Source of the DNA: Acidimicrobiia bacterium
GTDB lineage: Bacteria; Actinomycetota; Acidimicrobiia; Spongiisociales; ZC4RG35
Assembly (NCBI GenBank): GCA_965203555.1
Contig: CBDBCY010000004.1
Location: 136,961 to 200,960 of the forward strand
Length of the DNA stretch: 64,000 bases
Reading direction: 5' to 3'
The position numbers and the translations under genes were made by a program. Shown here piece by piece: positions 10,297 to 20,153 of the stretch. Under the pieces are notes generated by a model. It ran no database searches. It was given only the letters and a program-made list of their open reading frames with translations, and was not told the origin of the DNA. How positions within the stretch are numbered: the first letter of the stretch is position 1; each line of letters begins with the position of its first letter.

Positions 10297-11471
10297 TGCT
10301 GATCTGGCTCGGGGCCGCACTGATGGTGATTGCCGCGCTGCTACGGATGGGACTGGGCGCTCTGGCGGGTATGGACAGAGCCGGCGAAGCCCAGGCTGCG
10401 GCGGAAGGCCACTTCAGAGCGGAGCGCCACAACCGCATTCTGAGAGGGGATCGCTGGATGGTCATGGCCGGATGGCGGATGGAAGGCGCCTTCACCATTG
10501 TGGCGGTGGTGCTGCTGACGGCGGGACTCTCTGCCGCCGGTCTCGGCGCGTGGGAAGCCGCGGCATGGGCGGTGGTGTCCATCCTGGCGGTACGAGTGGT
10601 CGCCGGCTGGACGGCTCGCCGGTGGGAGGGGGCGGAGCGAATGAGCGGACTGGTGGAGTTGTCCGCACGTTTCCACGCCCGGTTGTGGAAGCCTCCCTCG
10701 TCCCTTGACGCCGACACTCCCCAGTCCGAGGAGCAGGAAATATCAGAGGAGAAAGAAATGATCTCCTCGGTGTTGGAGTTCTCCGACACCATTGTGCGGG
10801 AAGTGATGGTGCCCCGCACCGACATGGTGACCGTCACGGTGGACGCCGAGTTGGACGAACTGGCGGAAGTCGTCAAAGAATACGGATTCTCCCGATTTCC
10901 GGTATTGGATGGAGGAATAGACCGGGTAGTGGGAATGGCCCTGGCCAAGGATCTCATTTCGATCCTGGTGGAAGGCGGAAACGGCGCCACGGTCAGGGAC
11001 ATTCAACGGACTCCGCTGTATGTGCCGGAAACCAAGGCGGTCTCCGATTTGTTGCGGGAGATGCGCCGCAACGGAGACCACATGGCGGTAGTGATCGATG
11101 AACACGGCGGGACAGCGGGGCTGGTCACCATCGAAGATTTGCTGGAGGAGTTGGTCGGGGAGATCGTGGATGAGCACGACGAGCAGGATGAATGGGTGAG
11201 GGCGAAGGAAGGGGGAGTGTTGCATGTGGACGGACGCTTCCCGGTGGATGACCTGGGTGACTTGTTGGGCGTAAAACTGCCTCAAGAGGAGTGGGACACG
11301 GTGGGTGGGTTGGTGCTTGCCTTGGCCGGCAGGGTCCCGGAAGTGGGAGAAACCCTCTCCACCCACGGCGTGGAATTCGTGGTCAGGGAAGTTCTCGGAC
11401 ATCGGGTGTCGGAGTTGCGGGTCCAGCGCAGTGGCGAGATGTTCGGGGAAGGGATGAGAGCAGTCGGTTAG
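10293..11471 (+). CDS. corC: HlyC/CorC family transporter (DUF21 + CBS pair + CorC_HlyC)
   Basis: N-terminal TM region, then CBS domains and a C-terminal transporter-associated domain. Start overlaps the ybeY stop. Confidence 0.85.
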   Translation: MMLIWLGAALMVIAALLRMGLGALAGMDRAGEAQAAAEGHFRAERHNRILRGDRWMVMAGWRMEGAFTIVAVVLLTAGLSAAGLGAWEAAAWAVVSILAVRVVAGWTARRWEGAERMSGLVELSARFHARLWKPPSSLDADTPQSEEQEISEEKEMISSVLEFSDTIVREVMVPRTDMVTVTVDAELDELAEVVKEYGFSRFPVLDGGIDRVVGMALAKDLISILVEGGNGATVRDIQRTPLYVPETKAVSDLLREMRRNGDHMAVVIDEHGGTAGLVTIEDLLEELVGEIVDEHDEQDEWVRAKEGGVLHVDGRFPVDDLGDLLGVKLPQEEWDTVGGLVLALAGRVPEVGETLSTHGVEFVVREVLGHRVSELRVQRSGEMFGEGMRAVG

Positions 11472-11500
11472 CCCTTGTTCGCCGGAAACTGTTCAGTATC

Positions 11501-12388
11501 GTGAGATCGGGCTTCGTCTCGGTGGTGGGGCGGCCCAATGTCGGCAAGTCCACCCTGGTGAATTCCTTGGCAGGGCAGAAGGTTGCTATCACCTCTCATC
11601 GCCCCCAGACCACCCGAAACGCCATCCGGGCGGTGGTGACCGATCCCCACAACCAACCTCCCGACTGGCAGATGGTGCTGGTCGACACGCCCGGATTGCA
11701 TAAGCCCCGTAATGAGCTGGGTGAGCGGCTGAACCGGCTGGTGTACGGCGCCCTGGCTGATGCGGATGTGGTGGCCTTCCTGGTGGATGCCCGCCAACCG
11801 GTCGGGCCGGGGGATCGAAGGATCGCTCAACGCTTGGCCCAGGACCGGTCGAAGGTGGTGGTGCTGGTAAACAAGACGGACCGGTTCTCCAAGGAGAAAA
11901 TCGCGGTCCGGCTCATGGAGGTGGCCCGGTGGGACTTCGCCGCTTATGTGCCGATCAGCGCCTTGCGCGGTGACAATCTCCCGGCGGTGGTGGCGGAGAT
12001 CTGCGGCCGGCTGCCCGAAGGGCCGATGTACTTTCCCCCCGGCGCCGTCACCGATCAACCCGATTCATTTTTCGCCTCCGAGGTGATCAGGGAGAAGTTC
12101 CTGGCTGGATTGCACCAGGAACTCCCTCATTCGCTCTTGGTGGCGGTGGAGGATTTCCATGTCCGTGGGGATGGGCTGGTCACCGTCAGCGCCAAGCTGG
12201 TGGTGGAGAGTCCCTCCCAGAAGGGAATAGTCATTGGAAGGGGAGGCGCTCGTCTACGTGAGCACGGCACTGAGGCGCGACGGGAACTTGAGACGTTTTT
12301 CGGCGCCAAAGTGTACCTGGACCTGCGTGTGGTTGTGGAGAAGAAGTGGCAACGGAGGTCGGTGCTTTTGGATCGATTCGGGTTCTGA
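11501..12388 (+). CDS. era: GTPase Era
   Basis: GFVSVVGRPNVGKSTLVN (G1), DTPG, NKTD, and a C-terminal KH domain. The track ORF starts inside corC; an in-frame GTG at 11501 gives the usual Era N-terminus. Confidence 0.9.
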   Translation: MRSGFVSVVGRPNVGKSTLVNSLAGQKVAITSHRPQTTRNAIRAVVTDPHNQPPDWQMVLVDTPGLHKPRNELGERLNRLVYGALADADVVAFLVDARQPVGPGDRRIAQRLAQDRSKVVVLVNKTDRFSKEKIAVRLMEVARWDFAAYVPISALRGDNLPAVVAEICGRLPEGPMYFPPGAVTDQPDSFFASEVIREKFLAGLHQELPHSLLVAVEDFHVRGDGLVTVSAKLVVESPSQKGIVIGRGGARLREHGTEARRELETFFGAKVYLDLRVVVEKKWQRRSVLLDRFGF

Positions 12389-12624
12389 ACTGCTCGTTCG
12401 GGCAGATACGAACCCCCGCTGGCGGCGAGTGTTCGTGCCGCGGAGGGTTCTGTGCCTCTGTTATCTCGGGGTGAAAGCAGGGAAGTATGTCGAGATTTGG
12501 GGAGGGGCTACCTGTGGTTTAGTGCAAGGCGTGGGCCGATGACCCCAATGGTGGGGGTCCTCCACAATTCGGGTGCGTGAGATCGGAGGCCAGGAGCGAG
12601 TATGTGCAGGGAGAGCAAGGCATC

Positions 12625-13035
12625 CGGACACCGATGGGTTCCCCCTCTTTCCGGCTATCGCTTATCGAGATACTCCAAGACCTGTCGGAAACCCCGGTCG
12701 AGTTTCTCGTCCGTGGCCTGACGATTCACGTCTATTTTGACGTTGAGCAGGTGAATGTCGTGTTTCACCTCGGCGAAATCGTGTTTCACTTCGGCGATAT
12801 CCTGTTTCACCTCCGCGATGTCGCGTTTCACCTCGGAGATGTCGTTCCCGATGCGTCTCTGCAGGCTGTTGAGGGCATCGGCGGTCATCGAAGCGACGTC
12901 CTTGGCGTCATGCTTCCCGAGTATATCCGGGATCGGCTGTCAATGCCACAGACGCGTCCGCTGCTTGCCTGTGATCTCATCCGGTCCGTCCACCGCGTTC
13001 CAGGATCATCTTCTCTTTGTTCAGCGTCCTTGCTC
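12625..13035. repeat. Copy 1 of a roughly 410-bp direct repeat (the unit carries a small ORF on the minus strand plus conserved flanks). It contains one extra 27-nt unit relative to copy 2.
   Basis: Near-identical to 13101-13490, with scattered substitutions and a 27-nt indel inside the ORF. The copies are separated by a unique spacer of about 65 bp. Confidence 0.85.
12655..12888 (-). CDS. Small coiled-coil protein of unknown function, with 9-aa tandem repeats (DIAEVKxDx)
   Basis: 77-aa ORF MTADALNSLQRRIGNDISEVKRDIAEVKQDIAEVKHDFAEVKHDIHLLNVKID.... ATG preceded by an AAGGA-like RBS. Charged heptad-like repeats. The paralog 476 bp away mostly differs by third-position changes plus a whole-repeat indel, which suggests selection on the protein. 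Confidence 0.5.
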   Translation of the reverse strand: MTADALNSLQRRIGNDISEVKRDIAEVKQDIAEVKHDFAEVKHDIHLLNVKIDVNRQATDEKLDRGFRQVLEYLDKR

Positions 13036-13100
13036 TGGTAGCGGCCCTCTGTCGGGAGATCGGGAGAGTCGTTTCAATGTAGCAGGGATAGCATGGCAGT

Positions 13101-13490
13101 CGGACACCGATGGGTTCCCCCTCTTTCCGGCTATCGCTTATCGAGATACTCCAAGACCTGTTGGAAACCCCGGTCGAGTTTCTCGTCCGTGGCCTGACGA
13201 TTCACGTCTATTTTGACGTTGACCAGGTGAATGTCGTGTTTCACTTCGGCGATGTCCTGTTTCACCTCCGCGATGTCGCGTTTCACCTCGGAGATGTCGT
13301 TCCCGATGCGTCTCTCCAGGCTGTTGAGGGCATCGGCAGTCATCGAAGCGATGTCCTTGGCGTCCATGCTTCCCGAGTATATCCGGGATCAGCTATCAAG
13401 GCCACAGACGCGTCCGCTGCTTGCCTGTGATCTCATCCGGTCCGTCCACCGCGTTCCAGGATCATCCTCTCTTTGTTCAGCGTCCTTCTT
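13101..13490. repeat. Copy 2 of the direct repeat
   Basis: Aligns to 12625-13035 with period 476 bp. Confidence 0.85.
13131..13367 (-). CDS. Paralog of the small coiled-coil repeat protein (one fewer 9-aa repeat). The alternative start at the second Met gives 13131..13343.
   Basis: 78-aa ORF MDAKDIASMTADALNSLERRIGNDISEVKRDIAEVKQDIAEVKHDIHLVNVKID.... The upstream ATG is frame-shifted out in copy 1, so the conserved start is probably MTADALN. Confidence 0.5.
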   Translation of the reverse strand: MDAKDIASMTADALNSLERRIGNDISEVKRDIAEVKQDIAEVKHDIHLVNVKIDVNRQATDEKLDRGFQQVLEYLDKR

Positions 13491-13595
13491 TTGGCAACGG
13501 CTCTCAATAACACAGAAACCAATGGCGCAGACCAAGGCCGTTCGTTTACTGAAGTAGAGCATTTTGCTGTTGTCTGATATCCTTATTGGTGCATT

Positions 13596-16500
13596 ATGAA
13601 AAAAATAATGGCAGCCAACCGGGGGGAGATAGCCGTCCGGATCATGAGGGCCGCGACGGAACTCGGTTTGCGAACTGCAACCATCTACTCGAACGAGGAT
13701 CGCTACAGTCTGCACCGTTTCAAGGCGGACGAAGCTTACGAGATCGGAAGCGACAAGGGGCCGGTGGCGGCCTACCTTGACATCGACGGGATTATCACTC
13801 TGGCCAGGGAGAGAGGGGTGGACGCCATCCATCCCGGTTACGGGTTCCTGTCCGAGAATGCCAGGTTCTCGCGAGCATGTGCGGAGGCCGGCATCACATT
13901 CATCGGCCCGCCACCCGAGTTGCTTGAAGCGCTCGGCGACAAGACCGCGGCGCGGCGACTGGCTGCGCAGGCCGGGGTACCCACCGTCCCCGGCACCGGT
14001 CTGGCGCCCGATGATCCCCGGGAGATTGTCCTCAGTGCGGAATCGGTGGGCTTTCCGCTGATAGTCAAGGCGTCGTTCGGCGGCGGCGGTCGGGGTATGC
14101 GAGTGGTCAACAGTCCCGATGAACTGCTGGGCAGGCTGGAGGAGGCGCGGGGGGAGGCTCAGCGTACTTTCGGGGACGGCTCTGTCTTCCTGGAGCGTTA
14201 CATCGCCCGGGCCCGCCACATCGAAGTGCAGATTCTGGCCGACTCGCACGGCTCGGTGGTCCACCTTTGGGAGCGTGATTGCTCGGTACAGCGGCGCCAT
14301 CAGAAAGTTGTGGAACTGGCGCCGGCGCCGAATCTGGCGGATCAACTCCGCGACGAGATTTGTGCGGCGGCCATCCGGGTTGCCCGGACAACCGGTTACG
14401 TCAATGCCGGCACCGTCGAGTTCCTGGTGGATGCTGATACGGGTGAGTGGTTCTTCATGGAGGTCAACCCGCGAATCCAGGTGGAGCACACCGTTACCGA
14501 GTTGGTGACCGGTGTCGACCTGGTCCGGTCGCAGATTCTGGTGGCGCAGGGATGCCGGCTCCACGAGGCGCCCCTTTCCATCCCTGCGCAGAGCGAAATC
14601 CCTCGTCGGGGAACCGCCATACAGTGCCGCATAACGACCGAGGATCCCAAGAACGAGTTCTCCCCTGACTACGGGCGCCTGCAAACTTACCGCAGCCCGG
14701 GAGGTTTGGGGATCCGACTCGATGGAAATGCCTATACCGGGGCGGTGCTCAGCCCGTTTTACGATTCGCTCCTGGTCAAACTCACCGCGTCGGATACCAA
14801 CCTGCCCGACGCCTGCACCCGGGCCGACCGAGCCTTGCAGGAGTTCCGGGTCCGGGGTGTCGAAACCAACATTCAGTTTCTGCGCAATGTCATCAACCAT
14901 CCCGATTTTCGCAACGGCGTGGTAACCACCCACTTCCTGGAGGAGACGCCCGAACTCTTCGAAATACGACCGCCTCGTGATCGCGCCAACCGGCTGCTGA
15001 GCTATATCGGCGACACCATCCTCAACGGGAATCCCACCGTGGTGGGCAAGGACCATCCGACGAATCTGAATGCCCCTCCCATAGTGCCGGTGGACATGAG
15101 TGCCGAGCCTCCGCCCGGTACCCGGGATCTGCTGCTGGAGATGGGACCGGACAAGTTCGCCGAGTGGGTCTGGGATCAAAAGCGCCTTCTGGTGACCGAC
15201 ACCACTTTCCGTGACGCACATCAGTCGCTTCTGGCAACTCGGGTGCGCACCTACGATTTGTTGGGTACGGCCGGGGCAGTGGCGCGGCGTCTGTCGAACC
15301 TGTTCAGTGTCGAGATGTGGGGCGGCGCGACCTTCGACGCAGCGTTGCGTTTCCTGTACGAGGACCCGTGGGAGCGTTTGCGTCTGATGCGCGAGGCGAT
15401 TCCCAACATCTGTTTCCAGATGCTGCTGCGAGCTTCCAATGCGGTGGGCTACACCAGCTATCCGGACAATGTCGTGCGTGAATTCACCATTGAGGCCGCC
15501 CGGCAGGGGATCGATGTTTTCCGGGTTTTCGACTCCCTGAACGACGTGCGCAACATGGAGGTGGCGATCGAGGCGGTGCGCAGCACTCATGCCGTTTGCG
15601 AGGCCGCCATCTGCTATACGGGCGATCTCCTCGATCCGGATCGCCCCAAATACAGTCTCAACTATTACGTGAACCTTGCCCGCCGTCTACAGGAGATGGG
15701 GGCGCACTTACTGTGCATCAAGGACATGGCGGGGCTGTGCCGTCCTTATGCCGCCGACCAGTTGGTGAGGGTCCTGCGGGAGGAGGTGGGCATTCCGATC
15801 CACTTCCATACCCACGACGCCAGTGGTATCCAGGCGGCGACTCTCATAAAGGGGGGCGAGGCCGGGATAGACATCATAGACGCGGCCGTGGCGGCGGTGT
15901 CGGGTTCCACCAGCCAACCCAACCTGAATACGATGGTCGGTTCGCTGGAAGGTACCGAACGCGACACCGAACTCGACTCGGATGCCTTGGGCGATTGCTC
16001 CCTTTTCTGGGAGACGGTGCGTACCTACTACCAACCCTTCGACAACTCTCCCAAGTCCGGCAGTGCCCGGCTGTACGACCATGAGATCCCCGGCGGGCAG
16101 TTCACCAATTTGCAACAGCAGGCGACCGCGCTGGGCCTGGGTCAACGCTGGCGAGAGGTAGAAGAGATGTACGCGGATGTCAACCAGATGCTGGGGGACA
16201 TTGTGAAGGTCACTCCGTCCAGCAAAGTGGTCGGCGATCTGGCTCTGTTCCTGCTCTCCAAGGGGATGACGTGCGATGAGGTGCGAGGGCTTCCTCCCGA
16301 CCACAACATCGGATTCCCCGAATCGGTGGTTGACATGATGCGAGGGTCGCTCGGTGAGCCTCCCGGCGGTTGGCCCGAGGACATTCGAGAGATACTGCTG
16401 TGCCGCAACCGGCCTATCGAGGGACGGGCGGGCGCCAAACTCCCCAGCGCCGACATCGGTGCGGCCGTAGAGACGGCTACGGAGTTGCTGGGACATCGAG

Positions 16501-17036
16501 CAGGGTGGGCCGACGGCCTGAGCTACCTGCTCTATCCGGTTGAGTTCCAAAAATTCGCCGAGACGCGTCGCAAGTTCGCCGATGTCGGCTTGCTTCCCAC
16601 TCCTGTCTTCTTCTACGGACTGGAAGAAGGAGAAGAGTGTGTGTTCGATATCGAGCCGGGGAAGCGCTTGATCGTAAAGTTCCACACCGTAGGTGAACCG
16701 CAGCCCGACGGAACCCGCACGATCTTCTTCGATCTCAACGGAGCCCCCCGTGAGGTCAGGATTCGGGACCGGTCACTGCAATCCGACCGGCCGGCGGCTC
16801 GCAAGGCCGACAGCGGGAACCCGCAACACATCGGGGCGCCCACCCCGGGGGTTGTTACCGGCGTATTCGTAGCCGTCGGGGATGAGGTGACTGCCAACAC
16901 CAAACTGCTGACGCTGGAAGCGATGAAGATGCAGAGCACCATCTACGCACCGGACGCCGGCCGGGTGAAGGAACTGTTGATTCAGGCTGGTAGCCAGGTC
17001 GAGGCCAAAGACCTGCTGGCGGTTCTGGAGTCTTGA
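13596..17036 (+). CDS. pyc: Pyruvate carboxylase
   Basis: 1146 aa with biotin carboxylase N-terminus (ANRGEIAVRIMRAA), carboxyltransferase/TIM-barrel middle and a biotinyl domain (EAMKM) at the C-terminus. Confidence 0.95.
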   Translation: MKKIMAANRGEIAVRIMRAATELGLRTATIYSNEDRYSLHRFKADEAYEIGSDKGPVAAYLDIDGIITLARERGVDAIHPGYGFLSENARFSRACAEAGITFIGPPPELLEALGDKTAARRLAAQAGVPTVPGTGLAPDDPREIVLSAESVGFPLIVKASFGGGGRGMRVVNSPDELLGRLEEARGEAQRTFGDGSVFLERYIARARHIEVQILADSHGSVVHLWERDCSVQRRHQKVVELAPAPNLADQLRDEICAAAIRVARTTGYVNAGTVEFLVDADTGEWFFMEVNPRIQVEHTVTELVTGVDLVRSQILVAQGCRLHEAPLSIPAQSEIPRRGTAIQCRITTEDPKNEFSPDYGRLQTYRSPGGLGIRLDGNAYTGAVLSPFYDSLLVKLTASDTNLPDACTRADRALQEFRVRGVETNIQFLRNVINHPDFRNGVVTTHFLEETPELFEIRPPRDRANRLLSYIGDTILNGNPTVVGKDHPTNLNAPPIVPVDMSAEPPPGTRDLLLEMGPDKFAEWVWDQKRLLVTDTTFRDAHQSLLATRVRTYDLLGTAGAVARRLSNLFSVEMWGGATFDAALRFLYEDPWERLRLMREAIPNICFQMLLRASNAVGYTSYPDNVVREFTIEAARQGIDVFRVFDSLNDVRNMEVAIEAVRSTHAVCEAAICYTGDLLDPDRPKYSLNYYVNLARRLQEMGAHLLCIKDMAGLCRPYAADQLVRVLREEVGIPIHFHTHDASGIQAATLIKGGEAGIDIIDAAVAAVSGSTSQPNLNTMVGSLEGTERDTELDSDALGDCSLFWETVRTYYQPFDNSPKSGSARLYDHEIPGGQFTNLQQQATALGLGQRWREVEEMYADVNQMLGDIVKVTPSSKVVGDLALFLLSKGMTCDEVRGLPPDHNIGFPESVVDMMRGSLGEPPGGWPEDIREILLCRNRPIEGRAGAKLPSADIGAAVETATELLGHRAGWADGLSYLLYPVEFQKFAETRRKFADVGLLPTPVFFYGLEEGEECVFDIEPGKRLIVKFHTVGEPQPDGTRTIFFDLNGAPREVRIRDRSLQSDRPAARKADSGNPQHIGAPTPGVVTGVFVAVGDEVTANTKLLTLEAMKMQSTIYAPDAGRVKELLIQAGSQVEAKDLLAVLES

Positions 17037-17050
17037 TTCATCTCTTCCTC

Positions 17051-17072
17051 GGATCCCTCTCCCGCGGGATCC
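17051..17072 (+). terminator. Perfect 7-bp GC hairpin (ggatccc...gggatcc) 15 nt after the pyc stop. No U-tract, so it would be an I-shaped terminator candidate.
   Basis: Inverted repeat seen directly in the sequence. Confidence 0.3.
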
Positions 17073-17161
17073 AAGGACAAAGCGATCCGGGTTGAGCGCC
17101 CGTCGACCCAACGGTGTAGTCTGCTTGATGGCCGAGATTCAAGATGAGGTTGGGTTAGAAA

Positions 17162-18364
17162 ATGCCGAAGAAAATCACGATGACCGATCAGGGACTGATC
17201 ACTCCCGATCGACCCATTATTCCGTTCATCGAGGGAGACGGGATAGGACCGGATGTGTGGAGGGCGGCGCGGCGGGTGATCGACCAAGCGGTCGAGAAGG
17301 CTTACGGCGGGGCTCGCCGCATCGAATGGGTGGAGGTGCTGGCCGGCGAGAAGGCCCACGAACAGACCGGGTCCTGGCTACCGGAGGAGACTATCGAGTC
17401 TATTCGCGAGCACATCGTGGCGATCAAGGGCCCTCTCACCACCCCGGTGGGGGGAGGGATACGCAGCATCAATGTCGCTATGCGTCAGATTCTTGACCTG
17501 TATGCCTGTGTCCGTCCCGTGCGGTGGCTGAAGGGAGTTCCCTCTCCGGCTCTGCGCCCGGAGTTGGTGAATATGGTGATCTTCCGAGAGAACACCGAAG
17601 ATGTCTATGCCGGGATGGAAGTGGAAGCCAAGAGTCCCGAAGCAGCTCGCCTGATCTCCCACATGGAAACCGAGTTCGGTTGGGAGATCCGACCGGACTC
17701 GGGCATCGGGATCAAACCGGTGTCGGAGACCGGGACCAAACGTCTGGTGAGGGCGGCCCTGAATTTCGCCATAGGCTTCGGTCGCCGATCGGTGACTCTG
17801 GTGCACAAGGGAAACATCATGAAGTACACCGAAGGCGCCTTCCGCGAATGGGGATACGAGCTGGTGCGGGAGGAATTCTCGGATCGGGCAGTCGGTTGGG
17901 AGGACAGCGGGGGTGACCCGGGCGACCGGCTGCTGGTTCAGGACGTGATCGCCGATGCCTTCTTGCAGAAGATTCTCACCCGACCCGCCGAATTCGATGT
18001 GATCGCCACCCTGAACCTCAATGGCGACTACATTTCCGACGCTCTGGCAGCCCAGGTGGGAGGGATCGGCATGGCGCCGGGGGGAAACGTGAATTTCGAA
18101 GACGGGTACGCTCTCTTCGAGGCCACCCACGGGACCGCTCCCAAGTATGCCGGGCTCGACAAGGTCAACCCGGGGTCACTGATGCTGTCGGGTGAACTGA
18201 TGCTCTTCTACATGGGTTGGAGGGAGGCGGCCAGAATGATCTCGAGGGGGATGGAAAGATCCATCATGGAAAAGATCGTCACCTACGACCTGGCCCGACT
18301 CACCGAAGGGGCCAACGAGGTGTCTACATCCGGATTCGCCACTGCCGTCATCGAAAGGATGTAG
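17162..18364 (+). CDS. icd: NADP-dependent isocitrate dehydrogenase (homodimeric type)
   Basis: 400 aa. N-terminus [21 protein letters not shown] and the IDH/IMDH fold motifs. Confidence 0.93.
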   Translation: MPKKITMTDQGLITPDRPIIPFIEGDGIGPDVWRAARRVIDQAVEKAYGGARRIEWVEVLAGEKAHEQTGSWLPEETIESIREHIVAIKGPLTTPVGGGIRSINVAMRQILDLYACVRPVRWLKGVPSPALRPELVNMVIFRENTEDVYAGMEVEAKSPEAARLISHMETEFGWEIRPDSGIGIKPVSETGTKRLVRAALNFAIGFGRRSVTLVHKGNIMKYTEGAFREWGYELVREEFSDRAVGWEDSGGDPGDRLLVQDVIADAFLQKILTRPAEFDVIATLNLNGDYISDALAAQVGGIGMAPGGNVNFEDGYALFEATHGTAPKYAGLDKVNPGSLMLSGELMLFYMGWREAARMISRGMERSIMEKIVTYDLARLTEGANEVSTSGFATAVIERM

Positions 18365-18467
18365 TCCGTCCGCCAGGCCTGTGCTTTGCGAGGCGAGTTG
18401 CTGTGTGAGTGCAGAGCCGACTCTCGGTCTATTTCGCCGACTTGTGGAACAGCGTCTGGCACAACTG

Positions 18468-18487
18468 TACGTTTAATATACGTTTAG
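18468..18487 (+). promoter_or_regulatory. Direct repeat TACGTTTA-(ATA)-TACGTTTA in the AT-rich region just upstream of the antitoxin ORF, proposed as an operator/promoter of the TA operon.
   Basis: ACGTTTA occurs twice, 4 nt apart, 10 nt upstream of the antitoxin ORF. Confidence 0.3.
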
Positions 18488-18495
18488 TGAGATAA

Positions 18496-18696
18496 CTGAC
18501 GATTACGATCGCCGACGACGTCTACGAAGGTCTCTACCAGCGGATCGGTCCCAGAAAATTAAGCCGGTTTCTGGAGGGCCTTGCCCGACCTCATGTGGTG
18601 GGCGGCGACCTGGTGGTCGCATACCGGGAGATGGCAATTGACGAGACCCGGGAGCGTGAAGCCTTGGAATGGTCGGAGGGACTGATCGGCGAGTAG
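18496..18696 (+). CDS. Putative MazE/RHH-like antitoxin with a non-canonical start (no ATG/GTG/TTG near the 5' end of the ORF)
   Basis: The frame is open from the TAA at 18493 to the TAG at 18694-18696 and encodes LTITIADDVYEGLYQRIGPRKLSRFLEGL...REALEWSEGLIGE. It ends 3 nt before the MazF ATG (typical TA spacing). The N-terminus resembles RHH/MazE-type antitoxins (I..DD.Y..L). The start codon is unresolved (CTG at 18496 or ATT at 18502). Confidence 0.45.
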   Translation: MTITIADDVYEGLYQRIGPRKLSRFLEGLARPHVVGGDLVVAYREMAIDETREREALEWSEGLIGE

Positions 18697-18699
18697 CCG

Positions 18700-19020
18700 A
18701 TGCTCCGCGGTGATGTCTGGTGGCTAGCCTTCGACTCTGCCGTCGGGGGTGCGATCCGCAAGACGAGCCCGGCCGTCGTGGTCAGCAATGACGCCGCCAA
18801 TCGGGTACTAAACCGGGTTCAGGTCGTGGCCCTGACGTCGAATGTAGGGAGACTCTATCCCAGGGAGGCATATGTCGAGGTCTCGGGCAAGCAACACAAG
18901 GTCATGGCAGATCAGATCGCGACCGCGGCGAAAGGTCGACTGCGTCGCAGGATCGGCCGGATCTCGGATGCCGACCTGTCCGGGATGGAACGAGCTATCC
19001 GGATACAACTCGGCCTGTAA
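18700..19020 (+). CDS. mazF: MazF/PemK family endoribonuclease toxin
   Basis: 106 aa. [10 protein letters not shown]...[26 protein letters not shown] matches the MazF/PemK signature. Confidence 0.82.
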   Translation: MLRGDVWWLAFDSAVGGAIRKTSPAVVVSNDAANRVLNRVQVVALTSNVGRLYPREAYVEVSGKQHKVMADQIATAAKGRLRRRIGRISDADLSGMERAIRIQLGL

Positions 19021-19182
19021 AACTCGAGGGTGGCCGCCGTGCACCGTCACATTTCCAAGGAGAGGTAGTCATCTGCGTTGCCCGCGGTCATGCGCTATCG
19101 ATGACATCCGCCGGGTCGGTGCGGCCGGATTTCGCAAGCCGAGACCGAGTATTCTTGCACTACAAATCCAGAACTATTCGAC

Positions 19183-20153
19183 ATGACCGTATCGACCCTT
19201 GAAATCACTCGTAAGCCTTCGGTTTTTCCTCCCGAAGAGCGGGCGGCCCTGCAGCCTCTGATCCAAGAGATCGAGCATTTGAAGAGAGACCGGAATGCTC
19301 TCATCACCGCTCACAACTACATGACGCCCGACATCTACTACGGCGTGGCCGACCTGGTGGGCGATTCCCTGGCGCTGGCGCAAATGGCGGCCCGAAGCGA
19401 CGCCGAGGTGATCCTGATGGCCGGTGTCCATTTCATGGCGGAGACATCCAAGATCATCAATCCCGACGCCACCGTGCTGATTCCCGATCTGCGCGCCGGG
19501 TGTTCTCTGGCCGAAGGGATATCCGCTGAGGATGTGCGCCGTCTCAAGCGACTTCACCCGGGGGCGCCGGTGGTCAGTTATGTGAACACCACCGCCGAAG
19601 TGAAGGCCGAATCCGACATCTGCTGCACTTCGGGGAACGCGGCGGCGGTGGTGGAGTCACTGGGAGCGGAACGGGTGATCTTTTTGCCCGACGGCTTTCT
19701 GGGCCGCTACGTGGCCGCCCACACCGACGTGGAGATCATCATGTGGGAAGGAAGATGCATCGTCCACGAGAGATTCGACGGGGAGGAATTGGAGGAACTT
19801 CGCGACATGCTCCCCGAGATCCCGGTGATTGCCCATCCCGAGTGTTCTCCTGACGTACTGGAGCAGGCTGACTATGTGGGATCGACCCACGGGATAGTCA
19901 ACTGGGTGCGCGAGTTGCGACCCCCGCAGGTGATGATGCTCACCGAGTGTTCGATGGCCGACAACGTCGCCTACGAGTTGGACGATGTGGAGATAATGCG
20001 TCCCTGTAACCTGTGTCCCCACATGAAGAAGATCACCTTGGAGAACATCAGGAACTCGCTTCGAACCATGACCCATGAGGTGGTCTTGGAACCTGACATA
20101 GCGGCCCGGCCCGGTTGGCGGTGGAGCGGATGCTCCAGGTGGGCCGCAGCTGA
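19183..20153 (+). CDS. nadA: Quinolinate synthase NadA, with an apparent 1-nt deletion near 20109 (frameshift; pseudogene or sequencing error)
   Basis: NadA throughout (ITAHNYM, three-fold repeat). The track ORF runs to 20442 in a nonsense frame. Switching to the +2 frame at gcccggcccgg restores the conserved C-terminus ARLAVERMLQVGRS* ending at 20153. Confidence 0.8.

Noticed and set aside
12755-13557. Plus-strand ORFs in the repeat region with SCFTSA(M) 9-aa repeats
   Set aside because: These are the same 27-nt repeats read on the opposite strand. They have no RBS and an implausible composition. The minus-strand coiled-coil reading is the better coding candidate.
12577-13557. Considered whether the 12.6-13.5 kb repeats could be a CRISPR array
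   Set aside because: There are only two copies with a 476-bp period. The units are protein-coding with conserved promoter-like flanks, there is no short repeat and variable spacer structure, and there are no cas genes.
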